Below, piece after piece: positions 29,627 to 39,915 of a stretch of DNA of 64,000 bases. Both the position numbers and the translations under genes were made by a program. This stretch comes from an uncultured Bacteroidota bacterium. GTDB taxonomy: Bacteria > Bacteroidota > Ignavibacteria > UBA10030 > UBA6906. Below the pieces are notes generated by a model. The model ran no database searches, was not told the DNA's origin, and saw only the letters and a list, made by a program, of their open reading frames with translations. The stretch covers positions 96,001 to 160,000 of the forward strand of contig CAVOYH010000004.1 of the NCBI GenBank assembly GCA_963700635.1. The letters run 5' to 3'. Position 1 is the first letter of the stretch. Every line of letters begins with the position of its first letter.

Positions 29627-30189
29627 TCCGACCGATGGCGCAGGCCATGCTACGGGTGGTCACGCTGTTGATGCTCCTCCCGCCTGGTGCCGGAGTGGCG
29701 CAACACGTCCGGCCCGACAGCGTGATCCAGATTTCTGCCGATCGTGACAGTTCCTTGACGCGGCTGGCCGGCGATTCAACCCGGACTCTGCCTGCACCAG
29801 GGAAGTCGGTGGATCTTGCAATGCTCTTCTCTGCGGTTCTGCCCGGTGCCGGCCAGGCGTACAACGAGTCATACTGGAAGGTCCCCATCGTTCTCGGGCT
29901 TGGAGTGTATTTTGTCTCTGAATGGCTGGACAACAACCGGCGGGCTGAGGACTATCGTGAAAAATATGCTTTGAGCCTTCAAACATCCGTGGCCGATGTA
30001 CGATACCTCAGCCTGCGGGAATTCTATAAAGATCAGCGCGATTCATTCGCCTGGTATTTCGTCATCCTGTATGTGCTGAATATTGTGGACGCGTATGTGG
30101 ATGCAAGTCTGTATGGATTTGATGTCGGTCCAACCCTGACTTCTCGCGGTCTTCCTGCTACGGGGTTGACCCTGCGTTACACCTGGTAA
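29623..30189 (+). CDS. DUF5683-like membrane protein
   Basis: [33 protein letters not shown]. Confidence 0.7.
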   Translation: MIRPMAQAMLRVVTLLMLLPPGAGVAQHVRPDSVIQISADRDSSLTRLAGDSTRTLPAPGKSVDLAMLFSAVLPGAGQAYNESYWKVPIVLGLGVYFVSEWLDNNRRAEDYREKYALSLQTSVADVRYLSLREFYKDQRDSFAWYFVILYVLNIVDAYVDASLYGFDVGPTLTSRGLPATGLTLRYTW

Positions 30190-30228
30190 GGCGTACATGC
30201 CTGCTCTCTTCACTACACCGGAGTCCCC

Positions 30229-31212
30229 ATGCTGAACTATGTCTGGATCGGTCTGATTATTCTGGGAATATTTGTTGCGGTCGGAAACGATATCGGGGAT
30301 GAAGTCCGGCAGACGTACGGCAACGGGAAGGTGCTGGAAGGAACATTGCAGATCACCAAGGACCCCGCCCAATCCCGCGGATCGTGGGAAGGGGAGCTGG
30401 TAATCCCGGAGGAAGTGTTTAATGCAGTGTATGCAGCCCGGCGGACAGAAACGGATGTGCGGCAGGCGGCGAAGATCTCCGTAGGGGTTGACGGCACGCA
30501 GGCGATCCTCCTGCCTGTGTCCGCTGCTACACCCCCGTGGTGGCGCGAGATGGCCCGGTCAGCCAGCAGTAAGGATCGTCTGACCGGAACGGTGGTCGCC
30601 ATGCATCTGGCTGAGGATCACACGACGGCGAGGGTCGGGTTTACTCTCGAGCCCATCCGGTTTGTAAAACTTAAGGCCGTCACCAATGCGGCCCTCGACT
30701 ATGCAGGCATTGCCGTGAGTATTGCCCTGGGCCTTATCGGGATTATGGCGCTCTGGCTCGGGGTGATGAAAGTCGCAGAGGAGGCCGGACTCCTGCTTAT
30801 TCTCACCCGCGCTCTTGCACCCATCACCAAACGTCTCTTTCCGGACGTTCCGCCCGATCATCCAGCCGTCGGTGCGATGATTATGAACATTGCAGCCAAC
30901 ATGCTCGGGCTAAGCAATGCGGCGACGCCCATGGGGCTGAAAGCGATGGAGGAGCTGAACAAGTTAAATCCCAAGGTAGGGACGGCCACAAACGCGATGG
31001 TTACATTTCTGGCGATTAATACCGGTGGCCTTATCCTGATTCCCGCCACTGCGATCGCGGTGCGCGCGGCCTCAGGGTCTGCAAACCCCGGTATTATCAT
31101 CGGAACATCGATCGTCGGCGCGGGGTGTGCCACCATTGCCGGCATTGTTGCATCAAAACTGCTCCAGCGACTTCCACGGTACAAGAAAGCACTGGAGGTG
31201 AGTCATGAGTGA
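30229..31212 (+). CDS. spmA: SpmA-like nucleoside-recognition (Gate) membrane protein with large N-proximal insertion
   Basis: MLNYVW, LWLGVMKVAE, ANMLGLSNAATPMGLKAMEEL, FLAINT. Confidence 0.85.
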   Translation: MLNYVWIGLIILGIFVAVGNDIGDEVRQTYGNGKVLEGTLQITKDPAQSRGSWEGELVIPEEVFNAVYAARRTETDVRQAAKISVGVDGTQAILLPVSAATPPWWREMARSASSKDRLTGTVVAMHLAEDHTTARVGFTLEPIRFVKLKAVTNAALDYAGIAVSIALGLIGIMALWLGVMKVAEEAGLLLILTRALAPITKRLFPDVPPDHPAVGAMIMNIAANMLGLSNAATPMGLKAMEELNKLNPKVGTATNAMVTFLAINTGGLILIPATAIAVRAASGSANPGIIIGTSIVGAGCATIAGIVASKLLQRLPRYKKALEVSHE

Positions 31213-31747
31213 TTTCTTCCGTGCCCTGATCACAGTCATTTCGGTCGTGGCAATCCCCCTGGTGTTGCTGGTGTTCCTGGGATGGGGGCTGTTTAAGAAA
31301 GTCAAAGTGTATGAGGTTTTTGTCGAGGGTGCCAAAGACGGCTTTAATGTTGCGATCCGTATTATCCCGTATCTTGTCGCGATGCTGGCTGCAATAGGCA
31401 TCTTTCGGGCCAGCGGCGCTCTGGATCTCCTGATCGCGGTTCTGACGCCGGTCACGACGTTAATCGGCATGCCTCCCGAGACCCTTCCGATGGCCCTGAT
31501 GCGGCCGTTGTCAGGGAGTGGCTCGCTGGGCATTATGACGGAACTGATGAGTGTTCACGGCCCGGATTCTCTGATTGGCATCATGGCCTCAACCATGTAC
31601 GGTTCATCCGAGACCACATTCTACGTCCTGGCGGTGTATTTTGGCGCCGTGGCGATAAAGAACACCCGCCATGCGGTCCCGACGGGACTTATTGCCGATG
31701 TGGCGGGCATGCTGGCGGCAGTCTGGATCGTAAACCTGTTATTCTGA
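31205..31747 (+). CDS. spmB: SpmB-like membrane protein
   Basis: VYEVFVEGAKDG, RPLSGSG, GSSETTFYVLAVYFG. Confidence 0.88.
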   Translation: MSDFFRALITVISVVAIPLVLLVFLGWGLFKKVKVYEVFVEGAKDGFNVAIRIIPYLVAMLAAIGIFRASGALDLLIAVLTPVTTLIGMPPETLPMALMRPLSGSGSLGIMTELMSVHGPDSLIGIMASTMYGSSETTFYVLAVYFGAVAIKNTRHAVPTGLIADVAGMLAAVWIVNLLF

Positions 31748-31780
31748 GCGATTTTCGCTCCCTGCGGGGCCGGGGATTCC

Positions 31781-31809
31781 TTGCATTTCTTGGCCCCCTT
31801 GGGTATATT
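31781..31809 (+). promoter_or_regulatory. Sigma70-type promoter for proline dehydrogenase-OPT-pepD
   Basis: TTGCAT-N17-TATATT. Confidence 0.55.
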
Positions 31810-31906
31810 TTGAAAATTCTTTCCGGCACTTTCCTGCATGCTCTCTCCGGATCCTCAAGATCAAACCCATGATGTCCTTGTCCCGATCATGTACTGAGAA
31901 CTCCAG

Positions 31907-32809
31907 ATGCATTTTCTGAATAAGATTGTTGTGGCGTCCGTGCCGTTGGTGCCGCGCCGGATAATTCGCTATTTTGCCGGGCGGTATATCGCGGGGGAGA
32001 CCCTCCCCATGGCCATCGAGTGTGTGCGGGAGCTGAACAACGAAGGTGTCTGTGCGACGATGGACGTGCTGGGGGAAGATGTAACCACCCGCGCCGAAGC
32101 CATCGCCTCCCGTGATCAATCCATTGCCGTCCTGCACGCAATCGCAAAAGAGAAGCTGGATTCGAATCTCTCCATAAAGCTGACGTCTCTCGGCCTGAAG
32201 ATAGACAGGACGTTTTGTGTTGACAATGTCCGTGAGATCGTGAAGGTGGCGGCAGGATACAACAACTTTGTCCGGATTGACATGGAGGATTCCTCGTGTA
32301 CCGGCGACACCATCGAGGTGTTCCGGACAGTGCATCGTGATTTCTCCAACACAGGAATTGTTGTTCAGGCCTATCTGTTCAGGACAGAGCAGGATGTCCG
32401 GCTGCTCGTGAAGGAACAGTCCAACTTTCGTCTCTGTAAAGGGATCTATAAGGAACCGGCCGACATTGCATTTCAGGGACGGGAGGAAGTACAGCACAAC
32501 TTTACCACTCTCCTGACGATCATGATCGATGGTCAATGTTACGTCGGGATTGCCACGCATGATTCGGTGCTTGTGGATGCCGCATACGATCTGATCGCAC
32601 GAAAAGGGTTGCGGAAAGACCAGTACGAGTTTCAGATGTTACTGGGCGTGCGCCCGGAGCTCCGCAGGAAGCTTGTCCGTGACGGACACAAGGTGCGATT
32701 GTATGTGCCGTTTGGTGAGCATTGGTACGGATATTCCACGCGGCGGTTCAAAGAAAATCCGGCGATAGCCGGGTATGTGTTCAAGGCATTGTTTACGCGG
32801 AACGCCTGA
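31907..32809 (+). CDS. Monofunctional proline dehydrogenase
   Basis: RYIAGE, DVLGE, SIKLTSLG, RIDMED, QAYL, RLCKGIY, IATHD, EFQMLLG, YVPFG, RRFKENP. Confidence 0.93.
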   Translation: MHFLNKIVVASVPLVPRRIIRYFAGRYIAGETLPMAIECVRELNNEGVCATMDVLGEDVTTRAEAIASRDQSIAVLHAIAKEKLDSNLSIKLTSLGLKIDRTFCVDNVREIVKVAAGYNNFVRIDMEDSSCTGDTIEVFRTVHRDFSNTGIVVQAYLFRTEQDVRLLVKEQSNFRLCKGIYKEPADIAFQGREEVQHNFTTLLTIMIDGQCYVGIATHDSVLVDAAYDLIARKGLRKDQYEFQMLLGVRPELRRKLVRDGHKVRLYVPFGEHWYGYSTRRFKENPAIAGYVFKALFTRNA

Positions 32810-32873
32810 TCCATTCGGGCGCGCACCGTCTATTATAGCTCTCACACATTCCATCAATCAGGAAGGATCTCTC

Positions 32874-34913
32874 ATGGCGGACACGCATCATAAGTCGTAC
32901 GTGCCCCCGGACACGAACATGAAGGAGTTCACCTTCAAGGCGCTGGTCATCGGGCTCATCATGACGGTCGTCCTCGGCGCCGCGAATGCGTACCTGGGAC
33001 TCAAAGCAGGCATGACGATCGCTGCGACATATCCGGCGGCTGTCATCGGGATGGCCCTGCTCAGGATCTGGCGGGGCAACATCCTGGAGGAAAACTTTGC
33101 GCGAACGGTGGGTTCGATCGGTGAATCCGTAGCTGCCGGCGCGATCTTCACGCTCCCCGCATTCCTTATAGCCGGAGTGTGGCAGGAGTTCTGGTCTCCG
33201 CAACACTATTTCGAAGCCACGGCAATCATGCTTGTCGGAGGAATCGTCGGAATTCTGTTTGTGACAATCCTCCGTCGTGTGATGGTGGACGATAAAGAGC
33301 TTCCGTTCCCCGAATCGGTGGCGGCGGCGGAGATTCATAAGGCCGGACAGGCTGGTGGCAGCGGCGCGAAATTCCTGTTCTATGCCATGGGACTGGGCGC
33401 CTTAATCCAGGTCATGAAGTCGGTCAAGGTGTTTGCGGCAAGCTGGGAACATTTTATCCCCTTTGTCGGGCGTAAAATGACGTTTGCCAATGGCGCCTCC
33501 GTGGGTTCCGGCGGCGGAGCCCTTGTCAGCACACCGGGTGTCAGCCCTGCCTACATGGGTGTCGGTTACATCATCGGGCCCCAACTGGCCTCGTTAAACT
33601 TTACGGGAGGCTTGCTTGCCTGGGGATTGTTTGTACCGCTGCTTCTGTACTTCCTCGGGCCCGAATTGGCGATTTCATTGCAGGCCGCCGGAGCGGACGT
33701 GGCCAGCGATGAAACCTGGATTGATATGGCGAACCAGATCTGGCGCTCGATCGTGCGCCCCATCGCGATCGGCGGGATGTTGATGAGTGCCGGATACACC
33801 CTGTTCAAAATGCGGACCAGTCTGGGTGCGGGCATCAAGCGTGCAATCGGCGACGTGAGGAAAGCTGCGGCGGGCAGTCATTCCGGAGAAATCAGGACCG
33901 ATCGCGACATCCCGTTCAAGTGGGTTCTTATCGGCATCATCGCTGCTACCATAGCCACCTTCATCATCTACAGCTATTTTGCCGGGGATACCGTTGCGGC
34001 TCTCGTCGCGACCCTCGTGATGGTTGTAGCCGGATTTTTCTTCGCGGCGGTGTCAGGCAATCTGGTCGGGCTTATCGGTTCCAGCAACAATCCCATCAGC
34101 GGGCTGACGATTTCGACGCTGATCATTGCTGCGCTTCTGATGGTTGCGCTCGGCGTCAGCGGAATGCCCGGTGTGGCGGCGGTGCTTGGTGTTGCCGCCG
34201 TGATCTGCGTGTCGGCTGCCGTGGCAGGTGAGATGCTGCAAGATTTGAAAGTCGGGCACATTCTCGGTGGAACACCCTGGAAGATGCAGACCGGCAATTT
34301 GTTCGGTGTTGTGCTTGCAGCAGGTGTGATGTTCTTCCCTCTCCTGATTCTGCACCAGGGAGACATCAATATGGGCGGGACCGGTCTGGGTGGAAAACAG
34401 TACCCCGCACCGCAGGCCAGTCTGATGGCGATCCTTGCCAAAGGTATCGTCGGGGGAGATATGGCATGGCCCCTTATCATCGTCGGGATGCTCATGGCCT
34501 TCGGTTTTATCCTTGTCCGCGTTAAAAGCCCCATGCTCGTCTGTGTCGGGATGTATCTTCCCCTTGAAACATCGTTCGCCATTTTTGTCGGCGGTCTGAT
34601 CAAAGGCATCCTTGACAAACTCGCTGCGAAGCGGAAGCTGAATAATGCACAGAAAGCCCGGTATGAGAACAACGGCGTGCTGCTGGCGTCTGGTTTGATC
34701 GCCGGTGAGGCGCTCATCGGTCTTGTCTTTGCGGCACTCGCGGTTCTCGAGATCAATTTTGAGGCCTGGTTGCCCGGACTGGTCACGGCGTTCCCGCTGC
34801 CGTTTGCTGTCAGTGCGCTGGTGTTCGTCGTGATCGCATGGGTGTTGATCCGGACACCACTGCGCAACGCAGGGCGCCCGGAGGAACCGGCACCGCCCAG
34901 TGCAATGGTCTAA
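32874..34913 (+). CDS. OPT-family oligopeptide transporter
   Basis: AANAYLGLKAG, LPFPES, GSSNNPISG, QDLKVGHILGGTP, APQASLM, SGLIAGE. Confidence 0.92.
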   Translation: MADTHHKSYVPPDTNMKEFTFKALVIGLIMTVVLGAANAYLGLKAGMTIAATYPAAVIGMALLRIWRGNILEENFARTVGSIGESVAAGAIFTLPAFLIAGVWQEFWSPQHYFEATAIMLVGGIVGILFVTILRRVMVDDKELPFPESVAAAEIHKAGQAGGSGAKFLFYAMGLGALIQVMKSVKVFAASWEHFIPFVGRKMTFANGASVGSGGGALVSTPGVSPAYMGVGYIIGPQLASLNFTGGLLAWGLFVPLLLYFLGPELAISLQAAGADVASDETWIDMANQIWRSIVRPIAIGGMLMSAGYTLFKMRTSLGAGIKRAIGDVRKAAAGSHSGEIRTDRDIPFKWVLIGIIAATIATFIIYSYFAGDTVAALVATLVMVVAGFFFAAVSGNLVGLIGSSNNPISGLTISTLIIAALLMVALGVSGMPGVAAVLGVAAVICVSAAVAGEMLQDLKVGHILGGTPWKMQTGNLFGVVLAAGVMFFPLLILHQGDINMGGTGLGGKQYPAPQASLMAILAKGIVGGDMAWPLIIVGMLMAFGFILVRVKSPMLVCVGMYLPLETSFAIFVGGLIKGILDKLAAKRKLNNAQKARYENNGVLLASGLIAGEALIGLVFAALAVLEINFEAWLPGLVTAFPLPFAVSALVFVVIAWVLIRTPLRNAGRPEEPAPPSAMV

Positions 34914-35035
34914 TCACTGAAACGCCATGTCTGCGTTTTCGGCACCATGGCGTTAGGGATTTTCCCTCCGCGTAATCGCGGAGAGTACTCATCTATCTCC
35001 CCCTCGTGGGGTTGGTTGACAAAGAGGAGAACGTT

Positions 35036-36490
35036 ATGTCATCTGCCATTGAAGGTTTGAGGCCAATGCTCGTGTGGAAATACTTCGCGGAGATCTCCAG
35101 GATCCCGCGCTGCTCAAAACACGAAGAAGCAATGGTAACGTATGTGCTGGAAACGGCGAAGCGACTTGGCCTGGAGGCACAATCGGACAAATTTGGCAAC
35201 GTCGTGGTTCGTAAGCCGGCGTCCGCAGGACGCGAACATGTCGGCAGTATCGTGCTCCAGGGGCACCTGGACATGGTCTGCGAGAAGAATAAAGGCACCG
35301 TACACGACTTTTCAAAAGATCCCATTGAACTCGTCCGGAATGGAAACGTGCTCATGGCCAACGGAACCACACTCGGTGCTGACAATGGCATCGCTGTGGC
35401 GACGAATCTGGCGATCATGGAAGATCGGTCGCTCCAGCACGGACCGCTGGAGTTCCTGTTCACGGTGGATGAGGAAACCGGATTGACCGGCGCGAGTAAT
35501 CTGGGATCGGACTTTCTGGTCAGCAAGACCCTGCTGAATCTGGATTCCGAAGAAGAAGGTGCTGTCTATGTGGGATGTTCCGGCGGAAAGAACACGCTTG
35601 CCTCATGGAAACTTTCATTTGAAACTCCTCCGGCAGGGACGATGGTGGCAGAGCTGAAGGTCGGAGGTCTCAAAGGAGGCCATTCCGGTCTGGAGATTGA
35701 CAAGAATCGCGGCAACTCCATCAAGATCATCACCAGGGTGCTTGTGGCCCTATCGGACCTGGGCGCCCGCCTGGCAAGCCTGGAGGGAGGGAACAAACAC
35801 AACGCCATACCCCGGGAAGCCGAGGCACTTGTGTCGATTCCCAAGAAGAAGTGGGATGAGGCTATCACACTGGTTGCTCACTTCCAGGACGTGATGCGGG
35901 GTGAGCTCGGAAAGGTTGATCCGGATATCGTCCTGACGCTGGAAATTAAAAAGGGCAAGAAAGTGAAGGTGCTGAAGAAGGCGATACAGAAGAAGCTTCT
36001 CCAGACGCTCACTTCGCTACCCCATGGCGTCATTAAAATGAGCTCCGATATCGCCGGACTGGTCGAAACATCGACAAACGTGGCCACCATCAAGACAACA
36101 AAGAAGAGCGTCACGATGGCGACCAGTCAGCGCAGTTCCGTGGCGTCAGAAATCAAGGATACCTGCGCGACTGTGGGAGCGATTTTTTCTCTCGGAGGCG
36201 CTGAAGTAACAGAGACAGACGGCTATCCGGGTTGGAAGCCGAATATGGACTCCGCAATCCTGAAAGTGGCGAAGGAAACCTACCGATCGTTGTACGGGAA
36301 GGAACCGGAAGTAAAAGCCATCCATGCCGGACTTGAATGTGGTATTATCGGTGAGCGGTATCCGGGTATGGACATGCTGAGCTTTGGTCCGACACTTGAA
36401 GGGGTACACTCGCCGGACGAGAAGATCTACATTGACACGGTCGAAAAATACTGGAACTTCCTCCTGGGGATACTCAAGAACGCCAGGTAG
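35036..36490 (+). CDS. pepD: Aminoacyl-histidine dipeptidase (M20)
   Basis: QGHLDMV, LGADNGI, DEETGL, NLDSEE, GGHSG, IHAGLECG, HSPDE. Confidence 0.94.
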   Translation: MSSAIEGLRPMLVWKYFAEISRIPRCSKHEEAMVTYVLETAKRLGLEAQSDKFGNVVVRKPASAGREHVGSIVLQGHLDMVCEKNKGTVHDFSKDPIELVRNGNVLMANGTTLGADNGIAVATNLAIMEDRSLQHGPLEFLFTVDEETGLTGASNLGSDFLVSKTLLNLDSEEEGAVYVGCSGGKNTLASWKLSFETPPAGTMVAELKVGGLKGGHSGLEIDKNRGNSIKIITRVLVALSDLGARLASLEGGNKHNAIPREAEALVSIPKKKWDEAITLVAHFQDVMRGELGKVDPDIVLTLEIKKGKKVKVLKKAIQKKLLQTLTSLPHGVIKMSSDIAGLVETSTNVATIKTTKKSVTMATSQRSSVASEIKDTCATVGAIFSLGGAEVTETDGYPGWKPNMDSAILKVAKETYRSLYGKEPEVKAIHAGLECGIIGERYPGMDMLSFGPTLEGVHSPDEKIYIDTVEKYWNFLLGILKNAR

Positions 36491-36503
36491 AAAAAGGTGC
36501 CGG

Positions 36504-36548
36504 AACACAGGGCGCCCGGGGGAAGACCCTCCGGGCGCTCGTGTTTTT
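36504..36548 (+). terminator. Intrinsic terminator between convergent pepD and pit
   Basis: AACAC-GGGCGCCCGG-GGG/AAGA/CCC-CCGGGCGCTC-GTGTT hairpin ending in a T run; A run upstream. Confidence 0.7.
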
Positions 36549-36578
36549 CCAAGCATCGCCGCGGGCCGGGTATCCGGT

Positions 36579-38054
36579 TCATTTCACCCGGAACATAGAA
36601 TAGAGCGTCGAGCGCAGGAACGCCCGATTCCGGACCTCTGTCTCGGGTCCGGGTGGATTGGGGACGCGCCAGGAAGTATCGGCCTGCGCCAGTGCGTGGT
36701 CCAGCTGCCAGCGATGGGAGAAAAAGCGGCCGTGCAGCGCGTACAGTGAACGCCGCTGGGGTCGAGTTATGAGCCCCGGATCGAGAGAGCGTTCCGCAAT
36801 GAGGGAATCCACACGAAGCGAATCCAGTTCGGCGGACGAAAAAATTACGAGTAACTGCTTCTCCGTCCAGGGATGCAACGTTATGAGGCTCTCCCGGAAT
36901 TGAGAAGATCCTGCAATTTTTGTCTCAAGGATCGGACCGAGCGCGACGGTATCCACGCCACGACGGTGAATCTCTTCCATAACGTCGTGATTCACCGAAT
37001 ACTCCGTGAGGCTTACCACCTGCCGCTCAAACACGTTTTGCACAAAAAACAGGAGTATGAATGCAATCAGTCCTGCGGCCACCGGCGCTATGAGCCAACC
37101 GGAGGCGATTTTGAGCAGGACGGTGTAGTTGATTCCGCGTCCGCCTTTTGCCAAACCCACGCCGATCACCGCGCCGATAACCACCTGAGTGCTGGAGAGA
37201 GGGACCAGGGGGATGGTCGGCATTTCGAGGCGGAGAAGAATTCCCTCCAGAAATTCTGATGTAAACAGGAACAGCACAATCGTTTCAGCGAGTACCACGA
37301 CGAGACCGGCAAGGGGTGTAATCTTGAACAGGTCTCTCCCCACGGTATCCATAACCCGGTCGCCGTATGTGTACATCCCGACGGCAATCGAGAGCCCACC
37401 GATAAGAAAGAGTTGTTCCGTTCCGGAGACGGTCAGGACATCCCAGAATGTCAGCCCCTCAAGAGGGAAGGCGGGCACAAACATGCCCATGACATTGGCG
37501 ATATTGTTTGCGCCGAGCACGTAGGCGGCCAGTGCGCCGACAATCATGAGTCCCAAACGTGTAAAGGCATCAAGATGCAGAACATGCAGCTTTGCCCGTC
37601 TGAGAGATACGGTCAGGACGCGGAAGAGCAGAAATGCAAATCCTGCGGCGAGCACCGGACCCAGGACCCACGTGGAAAGTATTTTCGACAACGCAGAAGT
37701 GTCAGTTGGAGATCCGGTAAACAGATTCCAGCCGATGATGCCTCCCACCACGGCCTGCGAAGTGGACACGGGGAGCTTGAGTTTGGTCATCCAGGTTACG
37801 GTGATCCCGACTGCGAGCGCGACGGTAAAGCACCCTGCCATGGCATTTACCGCCCCGAGCGTGCCAAGCGTGCGCGTGGTTCCTGCTCCGCTCAGGACCG
37901 CCCCGAGCACGACGAAGATGCCGGCCACCACAGCGGCCAGCCTGAAGCGCACCATGCGGGAAGCCACTGCAGTGCCGAAGACATTCACAGCATGGTTGGC
38001 ACCGAGCGACCATCCGAGGAAGAGACCTGTGCTGATGTAGAGCCAGTTTACCAT
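36579..38054 (-). CDS. PiT-family inorganic phosphate transporter with C-terminal extension
   Basis: GANHAVNVFG, LPVSTSQAVVG, GANNIAN, PLSSTQVVIG. Confidence 0.9.
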   Translation of the reverse strand: MVNWLYISTGLFLGWSLGANHAVNVFGTAVASRMVRFRLAAVVAGIFVVLGAVLSGAGTTRTLGTLGAVNAMAGCFTVALAVGITVTWMTKLKLPVSTSQAVVGGIIGWNLFTGSPTDTSALSKILSTWVLGPVLAAGFAFLLFRVLTVSLRRAKLHVLHLDAFTRLGLMIVGALAAYVLGANNIANVMGMFVPAFPLEGLTFWDVLTVSGTEQLFLIGGLSIAVGMYTYGDRVMDTVGRDLFKITPLAGLVVVLAETIVLFLFTSEFLEGILLRLEMPTIPLVPLSSTQVVIGAVIGVGLAKGGRGINYTVLLKIASGWLIAPVAAGLIAFILLFFVQNVFERQVVSLTEYSVNHDVMEEIHRRGVDTVALGPILETKIAGSSQFRESLITLHPWTEKQLLVIFSSAELDSLRVDSLIAERSLDPGLITRPQRRSLYALHGRFFSHRWQLDHALAQADTSWRVPNPPGPETEVRNRAFLRSTLYSMFRVK

Positions 38055-38062
38055 GACGGAGA

Positions 38063-38707
38063 TTAGAAGGTCCGCTTGATCGTGGCAATCGCCAGCCGGT
38101 CGCAGACGTCTTCCGCCTCATCGGCGATTGCTTCAATATGATAGGCGAAGTACCGCATGTGAATCTTTCTGCTCAGGTCGATGTCCATCTTGAAGACGGT
38201 CCTTTTGATCTGGTCGCCTACGGTGTCGGATTGTTTTTCGTAAAACATGGCCTTGGTGATGAAATCGCGCACCCGGTCGGGCTCGCGGAAGTACGCGCGC
38301 ACAGCAGAGACCATGGATTCCACGGTCAACATGGAAGCATCGGTAAGATCAAGATACAGCGGTCGTAACTCTTCGATCAGATCCGGCACTTCCACGTCAA
38401 ACTGCGCCAGTGTCTCTGTGATGCGGTTCAGCACGCGATCACTGCTCTCCAGTAATCCAAGGACATCACCTCTGGAATCAGGGATAAGTGTGTCCATATA
38501 CAGCCGGGTCTCGATGGATCTCCGGAGCGTGTCCGCATTACTTTCCGTTGATTCAAGGTCATGCATATGGAGTGCAAAATGTTCTGCCTGTCCCCTGAGA
38601 TAACACTTCATCCCTTCCTTGAAAACCAGCGCCCCACGAATCACCAGATCAAGGTATTCATCGATCTGTCTTTCCAGATTACGTGTCTTGCGCAAGAGAA
38701 CATCCAT
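38063..38707 (-). CDS. DUF47/TIGR00153 PhoU-like phosphate transport regulator
   Basis: ESNADTLRR, EKQSD, IADEAEDVCD; directly upstream of pit. Confidence 0.88.
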   Translation of the reverse strand: MDVLLRKTRNLERQIDEYLDLVIRGALVFKEGMKCYLRGQAEHFALHMHDLESTESNADTLRRSIETRLYMDTLIPDSRGDVLGLLESSDRVLNRITETLAQFDVEVPDLIEELRPLYLDLTDASMLTVESMVSAVRAYFREPDRVRDFITKAMFYEKQSDTVGDQIKRTVFKMDIDLSRKIHMRYFAYHIEAIADEAEDVCDRLAIATIKRTF

Positions 38708-38846
38708 TGCCCGTATCCTTCCGGCGTTGTGCTGACAAATTGCTGAGTGAGAAGATACTGATAGTGAAGGGTTTCTTCAAGTGCAAATCGGAGGAGCGGG
38801 AATCCGCCGGGAACATCGTTCGCCGGGTGATCACAAGCGGCATTCT

Positions 38847-39761
38847 CTACACCCCAAATCGATCAGCGAGCAGCCCATGGCGCAAACCACGGTCACTGAC
38901 GAGAAAGGCCTCCTTGCGGAGTTTCTCCAGAATCGTTCTGACAATACACAGACCTCCGAGTATCACCTCGGCCCGCTCCGGTTGGAGGCCCACAATACGC
39001 CTGCGCTTCGCGGCCGACAGGGTTCGGTAGAGTTCGATCTGGCGGGTGAGCTCGGCGTGGTCGATGGTGGATCCGTGCACGGTGTCCGGGTCATACTGTG
39101 CAAGGCGGTGGCGCACGCTGGCGATGGTGGTGACCGTCCCGCCGATGCCAACAAGTGTATCAGGTGCGGGCGTGCCGTCCAGTCTCTGAAGATCGTTCGC
39201 GATCGCCTGGAGTGCTTGCTGAAGCCGTGCCGGCGGCACGGCGTTACCGAGACCGTATGTTTCCGTGAAGCGGATCGCTCCGACCTCCAGGCTGCAATGA
39301 TCCACGACCGCGGCATCCTTGCCAAACACAAATTCCGTGCTACCACCCCCGCTGTCAAATATCACGATGGATCCTCCCGGGAGACCGATCCCTGATTTCA
39401 CGGCCAGATAGGACAACCGGCTTTCCTCTTCGCCTGAAATTGTTTCGATGTTGACACCGCATTGTTTGCTGACCCGGGCGATAAACAGGCCGCTATTACG
39501 GGCAGTACGAAGGGCCATAGTGCCAACGGCGACAATTGCCTCGACGTCCAGCCGGTTTGCTTCCCGGACCATTTTGGTAATGGAAGCTGCTGTACGGTCC
39601 GCCGCGTCCGGTTGGATTTCACCGGTCTTGTGCAGACCATCTCCAAGACGGGTGATAACCGCCCGGTCTGCGACAACGCCCCAGGTGCCGTCAGCCCGTT
39701 GTTCCCCGATGTGCATCTTTGTGGAAGTGGTGCCAACATCTATCGCTGCGTACCGTGGCAT
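38847..39761 (-). CDS. Ppx/GppA exopolyphosphatase family (single domain)
   Basis: AAIDVGT, TRLGDG, GTMALRTARN, SGEEE, DSGGGSTE, GIGGT, RAEVI, GLRHG. Confidence 0.92.
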   Translation of the reverse strand: MPRYAAIDVGTTSTKMHIGEQRADGTWGVVADRAVITRLGDGLHKTGEIQPDAADRTAASITKMVREANRLDVEAIVAVGTMALRTARNSGLFIARVSKQCGVNIETISGEEESRLSYLAVKSGIGLPGGSIVIFDSGGGSTEFVFGKDAAVVDHCSLEVGAIRFTETYGLGNAVPPARLQQALQAIANDLQRLDGTPAPDTLVGIGGTVTTIASVRHRLAQYDPDTVHGSTIDHAELTRQIELYRTLSAAKRRRIVGLQPERAEVILGGLCIVRTILEKLRKEAFLVSDRGLRHGLLADRFGV

Positions 39762-39915
39762 GTACAGTCTCCTGAATCCCGGCTGTAATATACACAATCC
39801 ATCTGACGCGCGGGAGCGCTCACCGGATGCAAAGAATCATCGCCCGTATTATTTGATTCCACATAACCATTTTGTACATTCAGTGGTTCGCAGTTTCTCA
39901 CGATAACGAGGATGC

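Noticed and set aside
30229-31747. spmAB as evidence of sporulation
   Set aside because: SpmAB homologues occur widely in non-sporulating bacteria, and no other sporulation genes are present.
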